Shown in pieces: positions 18,386 through 28,264 of a DNA stretch of 64,000 nt. The notes below the pieces were generated by a model. It was not told the DNA's origin. It did no database searches and saw nothing but the letters and a program-made list of their open reading frames with translations. The stretch's first letter is position 1. Every line of letters starts with the position of its first letter. The position numbers were made by a program, and so were the translations under genes. This DNA comes from a virus: positions 16,796-80,795 of IMG/VR virus record IMGVR_UViG_3300028800_000071. The stretch is one strand, 5' to 3'.

Positions 18386-19587
18386 GCATTCAGAAGTACG
18401 GCCTCCAAGATCTCATCCAACTCATGCTGACGGCGTATGCCGCCAAAGCAAAACAGGAAGCCGACGTCGGCACGGGCTCGCAGTTCGGCCCCATGTATCG
18501 CGCGATGGCGCTCGCCGAGCAGCTGCTCCAAAACGAAAACGTTTACGTCGAGACCATCCTGCGCCTCGCGGCGATTCAAGATCCTCTGCCGGACGGCACG
18601 CCAAACCCCGACGTGGATTCATTCGTCAACCCGTTCAACTTCTTTCGCAACGGACCGGGCTATGCGGTCGGCGGCGTCACGGTTTCGATTCCCGCCTCGC
18701 TGCCAACCGATAAGACGATTCCGGTCGGCTATCTGTTTGGTGCCAATGCCGGCCCGACGTACACCGTCGCGGCTAACGGCCCCGGCTACAACTCCGGCGC
18801 GGGCGGTTACGTCATCCCGGCCGGTCAAACCAGCGTCATCGCGTACGTGCAATGCAACGTGTCGGGGTCGCAAGGCAACGCGCTGCCGAACACGATCACG
18901 CAGGTGCTTTCGGGGCCGAACGGATCGCCTCCCGATCCGACGCTCGCGATCAGCAACGCTTTATTGCTCACCGGCGGCGTCGATTCCGAAGTTGGCCAGC
19001 CGCTAAAGACGCGCTTCGCGCAGTATATTGCCGGCGGCGGCGAAGGCACGCCGACGAGCATCATGGCGGCCGTCGGCCAATCAATGACGGGGATCACGTA
19101 CAGTTACGGCGACTTCGTGATGGGCACCGAAGTGTCGAACGTCTGGACCTTTACGCCGAACACCGACGGATGGTTTACGGTCTGCGTCGATATCATGGGC
19201 GCGCCGGGAACGATCACGCAGGACCAACTCAATACGATCGCCGCGCTGATTCTCAACGATTATCGCGCCGGCGGCATCCATTACGCCGTCGCACCGCCGA
19301 CGCCGCTCGACGTGGCTGGTGCCGGTACGGTCGTGCTCGTGCCTGGTGCCGATCCCGGCATCGTCGTGCCGGCGGTCAATGCCGCCTTCATCACGTTCGT
19401 CAACAACCTCGGGCTCGATCCGCTCGGCGGTCCGATGATCTGCTCGATCATGGCGGCGTACATTGCGCTCTCGCAAGTCCCCGGCGTGCTGCGAATCGAC
19501 AATCTCACGCTCAACAGCGGCAACGCCGATATCACCGCCGACTTCGGACAAATCCTGCGGGCCGGCACACCCGGCTTCGCCGCGTAA
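18382..19587 (+). CDS. Baseplate J-like protein
   Basis: VQCNVSGSQGN and LTGGVDSE...LKTRF motifs. Confidence 0.85.
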   Translation: MSIQKYGLQDLIQLMLTAYAAKAKQEADVGTGSQFGPMYRAMALAEQLLQNENVYVETILRLAAIQDPLPDGTPNPDVDSFVNPFNFFRNGPGYAVGGVTVSIPASLPTDKTIPVGYLFGANAGPTYTVAANGPGYNSGAGGYVIPAGQTSVIAYVQCNVSGSQGNALPNTITQVLSGPNGSPPDPTLAISNALLLTGGVDSEVGQPLKTRFAQYIAGGGEGTPTSIMAAVGQSMTGITYSYGDFVMGTEVSNVWTFTPNTDGWFTVCVDIMGAPGTITQDQLNTIAALILNDYRAGGIHYAVAPPTPLDVAGAGTVVLVPGADPGIVVPAVNAAFITFVNNLGLDPLGGPMICSIMAAYIALSQVPGVLRIDNLTLNSGNADITADFGQILRAGTPGFAA

Positions 19588-19599
19588 AGGAGAACCTCG

Positions 19600-22251
19600 A
19601 TGCTGCGATTGCTCAAGGCGATCGGACCGGTCGTCGTGTGCGCCGCATTCTTCGCCATGCCGCACGTCGCACGCGCGAACCAAAGCGCGGCGATTACGTA
19701 CTGCGCACCGCCGGTCATATTCACGCAAGGCCAAACGATCAACGCCGACCCGTTTAATCAAAACTTCGGCACCGCCTCGACGTGCCCGGCACAGTATGGC
19801 GATATGTTTAGCGACGGGCCGTTCTACGACCCGACCGTGCCTTTCAGCGGCTCGTCCTTCAACTTCACGATCCCCGCCAATACGTGGGTTGCGCTCGGAG
19901 CTCGCGTGCCGACCAGCGCGTCGGCGCTCGTGGCACCAGCAAGCGCGACGAGCTATTGGTGGCTCTCGCGCACCGGCCTCTGGACGTGTACGCTCGACAC
20001 CGGCCCGCCGACGAATGCGTGCCCCGGCTTCAATCTTCCCGATACGACCTACGTTTCCGAATACACCATTGCGGCCAACGGCAGCGGCATCACGGCGATT
20101 ACGCTCCCGACGATCGCCGGAATCAAGTTCAACGGCACCGTCGCGCTCACGAGCTTCCCGTCGGGATCTTGCTTGCAAACCACGACAGGCGGCGTCCTTA
20201 CGGCGACCGGCCTGCCGTGCGGCAGCGGCGGCAGCGGCATCGCGAGCGTTACGGGCAGCGGCAATATCAACGCCGTCACGGTCTCGGGCGCCGTCATGGT
20301 AAGCGAAGCGAGCTCGCCGACCTGGACCGGCACGCCGACGACGGCGAGCGCCACGCAGGCCGGTTCGTTCAACTTCGGCAGCGATGGCGCGGCCTCGCTC
20401 GCGCGCACCGGCGCGAGCGCCTTCGCGTTCACGGCGGTCGGCCCGGCAACGCTCTCGGTGCCCGGCGGCGTACTGAGCGGCTCGTCGATCTACGGACCCA
20501 CCTCCGCTTTCCTCAACGGCGGCCTCACAGCGAGCGCCGTGACCGATTCCGGGCTCTCGGTCGGCCAATGCGTCCAGACGACGACAGGCGGCCTTCTGGC
20601 CACCACGGGCGCAGCCTGCGCGGGGCTCGGGAACGTGCTCTCGGTGGCGGCCGGCGGCAGCGGCAACGTGACGTGCTCGCCCACGACCGGCAACGTGATC
20701 TGCGATACGGTCAATAACCCAACGTTTTCGGGCGCCGTCGTGGCCTCGTCGTTCACCGGCTCGGGCGCCGGCCTCACGTCGGGCACGGTGCCGAACGTCG
20801 CGCTCGTAACGCCTGCGGTCACGAGCGTCACCGGGACTTCGCCGATCGCCAGCAGCGGCGGCACGACCCCGGCGATCTCGATCGCGAGCAACCCCGCGCT
20901 CTCAGGCACCGTAACGGGCACGTCGTTCCGCGCCACCGCGGCGATCGTCGCCGGGTCGGCCTCGGCCTTCTTGCCCTCCAATAACGATCTCTCGGCCTCA
21001 GAAACCACGACCTGCGGCGCGATCTACCTCGGCGGCTCGAGCGATAAGGGCAAACTCGACTACGGCTGCACGAGCGGATCGACGTTCACGTTTGGCACGA
21101 ATACGACCGTCGGCGGCACGCTCGCCGCGACGACGCTCAAAGGCACGACCCTTACCTCGGGCAACTGTGTGCAAGCGACGACCGGCGGCGTTCTGATCAC
21201 GACCAGCAGCGCGTGCGGCTCGGCAACCTCCGTGACGTCCGTGGTCGGCACGTCGCCCGTCGGCGTCACGACTTCGGTTGGCGTTGCGACCGTAACGTGT
21301 ACGACGTGCCTCACCGGCTTGACGGCCGGCTCGAATATCTCCGTCGGTAGCGGCACGACGCCATCGGTTGCAGTCGCCTCGTCGCCCACGTTCTCGGGAC
21401 AGATCGGCGCGGACGGCAACGCAGCGCCTGCTGCGGGCATTGCGCTCGGCGCGACGACGACGCCGGCAACGATCACCTCTGGCGTAAGTCTGTCGGCAGC
21501 GTTCGCCTTCAAAGATATCTCGGCGAATTGCGGCACGGGATTCATCGAGTTCGTCAAAGGCGCCTCAACGGTGATCTCGCGCATTGATTGCACCGGCAAC
21601 TATCTCATGGGATCGTCATCGTACGGTACGAACGCCACGATCGCAGGTTCCTTGAGCGCAGGCACGACGATCTCGGGCGGCAACATTCAAGATAGCGGCT
21701 TGGGATCGACCGTCACGCCGATCTGCGGAAACAATGCGGCAGCGATCGCGCCGTGCGGCCAACTGACGCCTATGTTTGCGACGACCGGCAACGCAACGAA
21801 AGCCAGCGGCACGTCGGCCAATACGTTGCAGCAACTCGGCGCGTCGGCCCCGTCGTTGACGCTCGGCACAAGCGCCGGCCCCAACGGGCAATGGCTCGTC
21901 AAGGCGCATCTGCTCATTCGTGGCGCATCGGGTTCGACTAGCGAATATCTGTACGGTTGCCTTTCGAATACGATTAGCGGCGGATCAATCACGCCTCAGC
22001 AGAATTCCGCCGACGAGATCGGCACGACGTGTTGGGCAACGCCGGGAACGGGCTCCGTTCTCGCCGGCACCGTCGGCTTCGGTCAAACGTCGTCGGCCGG
22101 CAATCAGCAATACGGGTTAGACGCGACCGCCGAGGCGATCTTCCTCGCACCGAATGGAGCAACGATCACGATCTATCCGTGGATCGGCGCATCGACCAAC
22201 GCGAGCGTGAACGTGAGTGGAGCGCTCTCGGTCGAGGCTGATCCCTACTAA
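19600..22251 (+). CDS. Cys/Gly/Ser/Thr-rich fibre-like protein with N-terminal signal-peptide-like segment
   Basis: MLRLLKAIGPVVVCAAFFAMPHVARA-NQ; three CxQxTTGGxLxxTxxxC repeats; VTSVxGTSP repeats. Confidence 0.7.
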   Translation: MLRLLKAIGPVVVCAAFFAMPHVARANQSAAITYCAPPVIFTQGQTINADPFNQNFGTASTCPAQYGDMFSDGPFYDPTVPFSGSSFNFTIPANTWVALGARVPTSASALVAPASATSYWWLSRTGLWTCTLDTGPPTNACPGFNLPDTTYVSEYTIAANGSGITAITLPTIAGIKFNGTVALTSFPSGSCLQTTTGGVLTATGLPCGSGGSGIASVTGSGNINAVTVSGAVMVSEASSPTWTGTPTTASATQAGSFNFGSDGAASLARTGASAFAFTAVGPATLSVPGGVLSGSSIYGPTSAFLNGGLTASAVTDSGLSVGQCVQTTTGGLLATTGAACAGLGNVLSVAAGGSGNVTCSPTTGNVICDTVNNPTFSGAVVASSFTGSGAGLTSGTVPNVALVTPAVTSVTGTSPIASSGGTTPAISIASNPALSGTVTGTSFRATAAIVAGSASAFLPSNNDLSASETTTCGAIYLGGSSDKGKLDYGCTSGSTFTFGTNTTVGGTLAATTLKGTTLTSGNCVQATTGGVLITTSSACGSATSVTSVVGTSPVGVTTSVGVATVTCTTCLTGLTAGSNISVGSGTTPSVAVASSPTFSGQIGADGNAAPAAGIALGATTTPATITSGVSLSAAFAFKDISANCGTGFIEFVKGASTVISRIDCTGNYLMGSSSYGTNATIAGSLSAGTTISGGNIQDSGLGSTVTPICGNNAAAIAPCGQLTPMFATTGNATKASGTSANTLQQLGASAPSLTLGTSAGPNGQWLVKAHLLIRGASGSTSEYLYGCLSNTISGGSITPQQNSADEIGTTCWATPGTGSVLAGTVGFGQTSSAGNQQYGLDATAEAIFLAPNGATITIYPWIGASTNASVNVSGALSVEADPY

Positions 22252-23411
22252 TGACGATCGGAACGTCGCAACTTGGCGGCGGCACCTTTGGTGGTGGCGG
22301 TATCTTTGGCGGCACCGCTGCGCAACTGCTCGCATTCCTGGACGAAACGGGCTCCAATCCGTTACCGGCCGGGATCTACGTGCAAATATACGCCGGGTCG
22401 ATCGACGGGCTGCTCGGTGCGCCGCCGATCGCCGCTGGCTGGACGCAGCCAGGCGGGCTTTGCAATGTTCCCGTACAGCCCGGCAATCTGATCACGTGCG
22501 TCTTTTCATTGTCGTCGCAAGCGCCCCCGAATCCCGTAGAGATTACGCCCGACGGGAACGGTCCGGTTTACACCGTGACGGTGGCACCCTACCGATCTCC
22601 GTCGCTGTCGGACAGCGGATACGCGGCGCTGCTTACTTCGAAACTGCCCAGAGGGTGGTTTAGCGGCGCGGCATTAGCCGATGAACCAGGCGACGGTTCC
22701 CCGAGCGGCATTGCGTACGCGATCGCCTACGCGATCGGTGCGGCGCTTGCGGCGCTTGATCAAGGACAGACGCAGGTCAACCTTGGTCGAGCGCGTCTTG
22801 GTCCGAGCGTCGGCGCCGATATCGACAGTTGGTCGACGGATATGGTCGGCCCGACGTTCGGCCGATATCCTCAAGAATCTGATGCGCTGTTTATCTCGCG
22901 CAATATGCTCATGGTTTCGCGGCCGCGCTGCTCAATCAACGCGTTGCAAAAGTTCGTGACGCAGTTCTATGCGTCGATCTTGGCAGGTTGGAACGTAACG
23001 GGCTCCGAAGCGCTCGGCTTCGATACGGCGGGCGGCTTCGAAGTATCGGGCGCATTCAATAATCCGCCGGCCCCATCCGTTCCTAAAAATCCGCCGCCCG
23101 TAACGGTGTGGGACGGCATGACGCAACCGGCTCTGGCTGCGGCGCTCGGCGTCACGCCGTTGCAGTTCGTCATTATGGTCGGCCTATTCAGTACGAGTCT
23201 CGTCGAACAACTCGGCTTCAACGTCGCTGGTGCCCTCGGTGGCGGCCCGCACGGCGCGTCGCCCGGCTCGGGCGGATTCAGTAATGAAGTCACAAACGAC
23301 ACGCTGCCAAGCCCGACGCGCCAGGCGCCAGACCCGCGACTCGGCACGATGATCAATCTCATCACCAAAGGCACCGGCACCGTACCCCTATATCTCATCG
23401 GTCAACTCTGA
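22251..23411 (+). CDS. Baseplate wedge gpI-like protein
   Basis: LLTSKLPRGWF...IDSWSTDMVG...RYPQESDALFISR resembles gpI-type wedge proteins; position near gpJ. Confidence 0.6.
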   Translation: MTIGTSQLGGGTFGGGGIFGGTAAQLLAFLDETGSNPLPAGIYVQIYAGSIDGLLGAPPIAAGWTQPGGLCNVPVQPGNLITCVFSLSSQAPPNPVEITPDGNGPVYTVTVAPYRSPSLSDSGYAALLTSKLPRGWFSGAALADEPGDGSPSGIAYAIAYAIGAALAALDQGQTQVNLGRARLGPSVGADIDSWSTDMVGPTFGRYPQESDALFISRNMLMVSRPRCSINALQKFVTQFYASILAGWNVTGSEALGFDTAGGFEVSGAFNNPPAPSVPKNPPPVTVWDGMTQPALAAALGVTPLQFVIMVGLFSTSLVEQLGFNVAGALGGGPHGASPGSGGFSNEVTNDTLPSPTRQAPDPRLGTMINLITKGTGTVPLYLIGQL

Positions 23412-23421
23412 GGAGCTCAAC

Positions 23422-24765
23422 GTGAAGAAGTTTGCATCTGCGATCGCCGCGCTCGCGCTCGCGCTCTCGCCGTTCGTGGCGCAAGCGACGCAAGTCACCG
23501 TGCAGCCTGCGCCGACGGCGCGCGTCATGGTGTACGCCGGCCAAAACCCCGACACCAACGAAACCAACCTGATCCCGCGCTTTCAGCGGCTTGCCGACGG
23601 CACGATGCTGCGCGATATTCTCTCGACGCTCGGCACGTCTGGCGCGTGGTCGAACATTGCGATTCGGCCAGGCTCGGGCCTCAACGTCACGATCAACCCG
23701 TATCCGAATACGTCGCAACTCGGCGCGGTCTATCAGATCGGTCAGAACGACGTGACGGCGCTGCCGCCGCCGCCAGGTCAATCTCCGAATCAGATCCCGG
23801 CAGATTCGACCAATATCATCATTCAGGCAACGCAGAACGTGCAGAGCAATCCGCTCGGCCCGTTAAGCGCGCCTAGTGGCGCGGGCAACGGCATCTATTA
23901 CATGGTCGAGGCGCAACTGAGTTCGATCGACACACAGAACCAATCCATGCTCTTTGTGTCGTCGAGCGGCATCACGAACTATCAGAACGTCAATACGCAA
24001 CGCCAAGACATCATCACCTATAAGCTAAACCCGGGCGGGCCAGGCACGGCCGATTGCAGCACGACGTTCCCGACGCCGCCTGCGGTGGATAGCGGTTGGA
24101 TTGAGATCGGCTTGGTCTGCATCCCGCACGCCTTGACGCAGATCACCACGGCCAATATCGCCATGTTCCTCGGGACGAACTTCAACGGTTCGTCCTTTGC
24201 GCAATTGAACTTCGGCGGCGCCTACGTAACGGGCGGTTGCCAAGGTACGGCGACCAACTGCGGCCCTTCGACGCTCTCCACGTCGCAGAACAGCGGGTGC
24301 GATCTCAATAACGAGCTCGGGTTCGTGATCAATAACAACGCGAATACGAATAACGGGAACCACGTGCTCGTGGCCGATCTGGCCGGCGATCTGGGCGTCT
24401 GCGGCAGCGAGCTCCATATCTTCAATCAGAACTCGAACTCGACGGCCGCCAAGATCATCGTCAATACGTCCGTCGATAAAGGCACGGCCACGGACGAAAC
24501 GCTGTATCCGGCCAATAACACCGCGACCTTGGTGACGAATTCCAACTGCGCCAACGCCACGATCTGCCAAAGCGCAGCGGAAAAGGATATCTGCGCTCAG
24601 TCCGGCGCGGCGTCAACGGCGATGATTACGCCGAATGGCGATTCCGCGATGGCGGTGACGAGCGCGCCCACGTCGGGGACCGGCGTACGTGTAGAGTTTT
24701 ACAACGTGAGCGGTAGCTCGATCTCGAGCCCGCACACGTTTAACTTTACCTATACGTGCTTCTGA
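23422..24765 (+). CDS. Tail-fibre-position protein with Sec signal peptide
   Basis: MKKFASAIAALALALSPFVAQA- leader. The body resembles baseplate-proximal fibre domains (RVMVYAGQ...PAVDSGW...TQITTANI). Confidence 0.65.
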   Translation: MKKFASAIAALALALSPFVAQATQVTVQPAPTARVMVYAGQNPDTNETNLIPRFQRLADGTMLRDILSTLGTSGAWSNIAIRPGSGLNVTINPYPNTSQLGAVYQIGQNDVTALPPPPGQSPNQIPADSTNIIIQATQNVQSNPLGPLSAPSGAGNGIYYMVEAQLSSIDTQNQSMLFVSSSGITNYQNVNTQRQDIITYKLNPGGPGTADCSTTFPTPPAVDSGWIEIGLVCIPHALTQITTANIAMFLGTNFNGSSFAQLNFGGAYVTGGCQGTATNCGPSTLSTSQNSGCDLNNELGFVINNNANTNNGNHVLVADLAGDLGVCGSELHIFNQNSNSTAAKIIVNTSVDKGTATDETLYPANNTATLVTNSNCANATICQSAAEKDICAQSGAASTAMITPNGDSAMAVTSAPTSGTGVRVEFYNVSGSSISSPHTFNFTYTCF

Positions 24766-25061
24766 GGTTCAAACGCGTCGATCATTCGCCGCGCCGATAG
24801 AACGAAGAAGCAGGCAGCGGCCAAGCCAAACTCGGGCGCCCATGAGGCGAGCACCACGCAGATCCCCGCCATCGCGGAGTTACGAATGACGCCGGTCAAT
24901 CGCTCCGCGAGCTCGTAGAACGCGGCGTTCGGCTGCTCGATGATCGGAGTGACGTTGCGGAGATCCCGGGCCGGCAGCGCGTCGGCGAACTCGGGGTGCT
25001 CGATCGCGATCATCACCTGTACGTGAGGCGGAAGATCAAGGAAGTGGATGCTGCGCCGCAT
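24750..25061 (-). CDS. Small leftward membrane protein (moron-like)
   Basis: Hydrophobic C-terminal half; extended -10 (TGcTATACT, minus strand 25073-25081) just upstream of ATG at 25061. Confidence 0.45.
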   Translation of the reverse strand: MRRSIHFLDLPPHVQVMIAIEHPEFADALPARDLRNVTPIIEQPNAAFYELAERLTGVIRNSAMAGICVVLASWAPEFGLAAACFFVLSARRMIDAFEPQKHV

Positions 25062-25084
25062 TTGAGGGGGCAAGTATAGCACGA

Positions 25085-25345
25085 ATGACCCCGCAGGGCT
25101 ATCGGAACCGGCTCGCGTGCATAGAGTGGCACGTGAACTTCTGGCTGCAATCGGGAACCGATTACGACCAATGCCAGCGTACCTTACACCACCTTCAAGA
25201 ATGCCTCGACGCGGACTTCTACGGCGAAGCGCGCCCAGAGGCGCCCGATTCCATTACACTAGTATTAATTGACTATTTGGACCGGGAGTTTTCCGGCCCG
25301 ACCGTCGAACGGGATGGTTGGGGAGCGCTCGTTTCGTTTGAATGA
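25085..25345 (+). CDS. Hypothetical protein
   Basis: ORF with plausible composition and no recognisable motif. Confidence 0.4.
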   Translation: MTPQGYRNRLACIEWHVNFWLQSGTDYDQCQRTLHHLQECLDADFYGEARPEAPDSITLVLIDYLDREFSGPTVERDGWGALVSFE

Positions 25346-25396
25346 GGAGCGAGTTACCGAGGCGAACCCACAACGTCGTGCGCAAGGATTCTGACC

Positions 25397-25717
25397 GTGC
25401 CATCTTGGGAACGCGAGATCTCGGACTTGTGGGCGGCGTTATTCGTCCCCGCGAGCGCCGTCATCGGCACGATCGGCGTCATTCTGCTCGCCCTCACCCG
25501 CTTCAAGGACAAGCGGATGGAAGGGGCGCTCGAAGCGAGCACGACCTGGCGCGAGCTCGCACAAAGCCGCGAGGCCACCAATGTCGATCTCGAACGCAAG
25601 GCCGTGTCGAGAGATCGGTACATTCAGCGGCTCGAACGGCAAAACTCATTCCTTTGGGATCAACTTGCGCCCGAGAAGCGAGAGGAGGTTTCTCGCAAAT
25701 GGAACTTACGCGAATAG
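25397..25717 (+). CDS. Membrane-anchored coiled-coil protein (lysis module; holin/spanin-like)
   Basis: N-terminal TM helix then coiled coil; upstream of the endolysins. Confidence 0.5.
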   Translation: MPSWEREISDLWAALFVPASAVIGTIGVILLALTRFKDKRMEGALEASTTWRELAQSREATNVDLERKAVSRDRYIQRLERQNSFLWDQLAPEKREEVSRKWNLRE

Positions 25718-25724
25718 GTGCCGT

Positions 25725-26126
25725 ATGATTAACACGCTTCCGAACACCCTGTGGGCTCTCTCTGTTTGTAGCTTCATTGCGATCTATGCGATCGTGCTCG
25801 GCTTTGCGTGGGGGAAAATCAGCCGGCGGTTTTTGTTCCGCCGATTCGCCGATCACTATACGCAGTTCGACGTGACGTGCGTCGGCATCGGAACATTACT
25901 CACCCTCATTCTTTTTGAGTGGGGCGTTCGCGCGCCGTTCGTATTTTTCGTTTTCGGTCACGTGACGATCGGCGGGTGGTGGGTTCAAATCTGGATCGTC
26001 TGCTTCGCTGCCGGCACAATGTTTGGCTACAGTAAACGCAAGCGCGAGGACAACAACCTCCTCAACGACGGCGCCATTACGTTCTGCCCCCATCCTAACT
26101 GTCCAGCACTAAAAGGAGATCACTAG
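25725..26126 (+). CDS. Multi-TM membrane protein (holin candidate)
   Basis: About three hydrophobic segments and a charged C-terminus; lysis module. Confidence 0.5.
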   Translation: MINTLPNTLWALSVCSFIAIYAIVLGFAWGKISRRFLFRRFADHYTQFDVTCVGIGTLLTLILFEWGVRAPFVFFVFGHVTIGGWWVQIWIVCFAAGTMFGYSKRKREDNNLLNDGAITFCPHPNCPALKGDH

Positions 26127-26506
26127 TGAAGCAAATCCTCGCCGTTGCGATGCTCATGCTCGCGGCGGCACCCGTGTCTGCGGCAACGCCGCCACCGAAT
26201 GCCGCGCCGGCGAGCGCGCCAATCCAAAATGCACCGAACGGTGTCAAGCCAAGTCCGCAGCCGTTATGGGCGCTCGTGAAAACCGTGCAAGACAACGACG
26301 CCGCCGTAACGCGCGACTACAATCTTTTTGTCATGCACTATCAGACGTTCGGCGCCTCGGTCTATGCACCGTGGTGCGTCAACGCGGGCGGCGTCCTCAC
26401 CGTGAAGCTCGCCAAAGCGTGGGCTGCATGGCCGGCAACCGTGTGGTGCCATAAGGACGATCCGAAAGGGCCAGGGCGTTCCGCCACGGCGCCGGTGGTC
26501 AAATGA
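26126..26506 (+). CDS. Secreted protein
   Basis: Signal peptide MKQILAVAMLMLAAAPVSA; AAGGAG RBS. Confidence 0.65.
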   Translation: MKQILAVAMLMLAAAPVSAATPPPNAAPASAPIQNAPNGVKPSPQPLWALVKTVQDNDAAVTRDYNLFVMHYQTFGASVYAPWCVNAGGVLTVKLAKAWAAWPATVWCHKDDPKGPGRSATAPVVK

Positions 26507-27234
26507 TCGCCACCCATCATTGGTCCGGCTCGCGCGCCGTTCGCGGCCGCAACTATCATATCGAGAACGCGCGTACGGGCATCATCGACGACGCCTATCG
26601 CCATCTGCTGCGCGCCGCATGGATCACCGACGACGGCGCCAAGTCGGTAGACTTCCATAAACTCAAATCGCTGTTCATCGTCTACAAGAACGATTCGCTC
26701 ACGGAAACGACCGAGTTCGGGACCTGGGATCTCAATAGCGATCCGCGCAACGGCACGCCGAATATCGAGATCGCCTCGCTCTGTATGCCGGGCGGCGCGA
26801 CGGACTTCGAGGGCGTCGAACCATTCACGATCGCGCACGCATGGGTTCACGCCTACGAAACCGCGGCGATCTGCCTGCTCAAAGGTCAAGACCCGCAGGA
26901 GTTCTTCAACGCAAACGTCGCGCCGCAACTGCAAAACGGACCGATCTTCGTTTTTAGTACGCACGGCGAGCGTGCGATTCAGACCAAGAACTACAACGTG
27001 CCTGGCGCCGGCGCATCGTCGGAAGCCGTGTCTGAGGAATATGGCTACTTCTTCGGCAGCGGTGATTCTGATTCGCGCGCCGATCTATTCTGCCTCGACG
27101 GCGCGTGGTACAACGGCAAAGTCACCGAGGACCAATGCCGATCGAGCGCGGCAGCGATCCGCCATCACGCGCTCATGATCATCCAGCACGGGCTCGTGAA
27201 AGACTTCTGGGGGCTCGACGGCCCCGAGAGCTAA
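26503..27234 (+). CDS. Putative N-acetylmuramoyl-L-alanine amidase-like endolysin (divergent)
   Basis: HHWSG...NYHI...NIEIASLCM...STHGE pattern of amidase_2-type phage lysins. Confidence 0.6.
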   Translation: MIATHHWSGSRAVRGRNYHIENARTGIIDDAYRHLLRAAWITDDGAKSVDFHKLKSLFIVYKNDSLTETTEFGTWDLNSDPRNGTPNIEIASLCMPGGATDFEGVEPFTIAHAWVHAYETAAICLLKGQDPQEFFNANVAPQLQNGPIFVFSTHGERAIQTKNYNVPGAGASSEAVSEEYGYFFGSGDSDSRADLFCLDGAWYNGKVTEDQCRSSAAAIRHHALMIIQHGLVKDFWGLDGPES

Positions 27235-27283
27235 AGCGCAACGAGGGCGAGCAATCGCCCTCGCTTCTTTCCCCGAAGGTGTC

Positions 27284-28096
27284 ATGGACAATCACGTCGT
27301 CGATATCTGCCTCGCGATCTTCGCTTTGTCGATGGTCGCGCTTGCCGTTATTCCGCACCCCGAAGGTACGCCGATCCCATCGGCGCCGCTCACGAAGCCG
27401 CTCTCAAAGACGGCCGCGGTCGTGCTCAAATACAATAACGAGCATCCATTCTTCAGTAAGGCGCCCGTGTGGACCGAACCGGCGCCCGGCGTAACGATTC
27501 ACAAGATCCCGCCGAGCACGGCGCAAGAAGAAGCCGACGTCGCCGAAGCCGCGAGCGTGCGCGAGAAGTATCCGCTCACGATGATCTTCGCTGCGCTCGG
27601 CGTCGAGAGCGTGCTCGATCCGCTTTGCGAAAACCACAACGCCGCGCCGGGCGAAAGCAACGAAGGCAATAAGTTCGGGCCGGCCGGTTGGGATATGGGG
27701 CTTGGACAGTTCAAACTCGGAATTCTGGCCAAGGCGCTCGGCATCACGCTCGCGCAGGCACAGGAGCTCGCGTTCACGATCAAATGGGCGATCGACTATC
27801 ACGTCGCCGTGATGAAGAAGGAAGTCGCCTGGGCCAATACGGTCATTGCGCAAAACCAAGGCAACTCGAACGTCGATTATCGCTTTCGCGATCCGTATCT
27901 ACTCGCGACGTGCTCGTACAACTACGGCCGCAACGGCGTGCTCGAACAGTATTATTACAAAGGCACGTTTCCCGACGGCGGCAAGAACCCCGATGGTACT
28001 CCGCGCAAGAATCACGGCGCGTCGGTCATGAGTGACGAAGCCTACTTTGCCAAGCAACTCGGCGTAACGTCGATCTTCGCCTATCTCAAGGCGTAG
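27284..28096 (+). CDS. Lytic transglycosylase with N-terminal TM/SAR anchor
   Basis: SLT motifs: VES (catalytic Glu), GLGQF, SYNYG. Confidence 0.75.
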   Translation: MDNHVVDICLAIFALSMVALAVIPHPEGTPIPSAPLTKPLSKTAAVVLKYNNEHPFFSKAPVWTEPAPGVTIHKIPPSTAQEEADVAEAASVREKYPLTMIFAALGVESVLDPLCENHNAAPGESNEGNKFGPAGWDMGLGQFKLGILAKALGITLAQAQELAFTIKWAIDYHVAVMKKEVAWANTVIAQNQGNSNVDYRFRDPYLLATCSYNYGRNGVLEQYYYKGTFPDGGKNPDGTPRKNHGASVMSDEAYFAKQLGVTSIFAYLKA

Positions 28097-28108
28097 GAGG
28101 ATCATTGC

Positions 28109-28264
28109 ATGGATTCCGATTCTGGCGGTGGCGCAAAAGGGTCCGTCGCCGCTTCAGACAGCCTCGATGCCGTCGTGATTCACAAAGACGGCAGCACGAC
28201 CCAAACTCAGCTAACGGGCGTTAAAAAAATCATCGCCTGGTTCAAAGGATGGTTCACGTCATGA
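28109..28264 (+). CDS. Small hypothetical protein (not in ORF track)
   Basis: AGGAGG RBS, ATG at 28109, stop overlaps the next ATG; 51 aa ending KKIIAWFKGWFTS. Confidence 0.55.
   Translation: MDSDSGGGAKGSVAASDSLDAVVIHKDGSTTQTQLTGVKKIIAWFKGWFTS

Noticed and set aside
8986-19587. Extracellular contractile injection system / tailocin
   Set aside because: Capsid, scaffold and neck genes plus replication and early genes are present, which indicates a phage.
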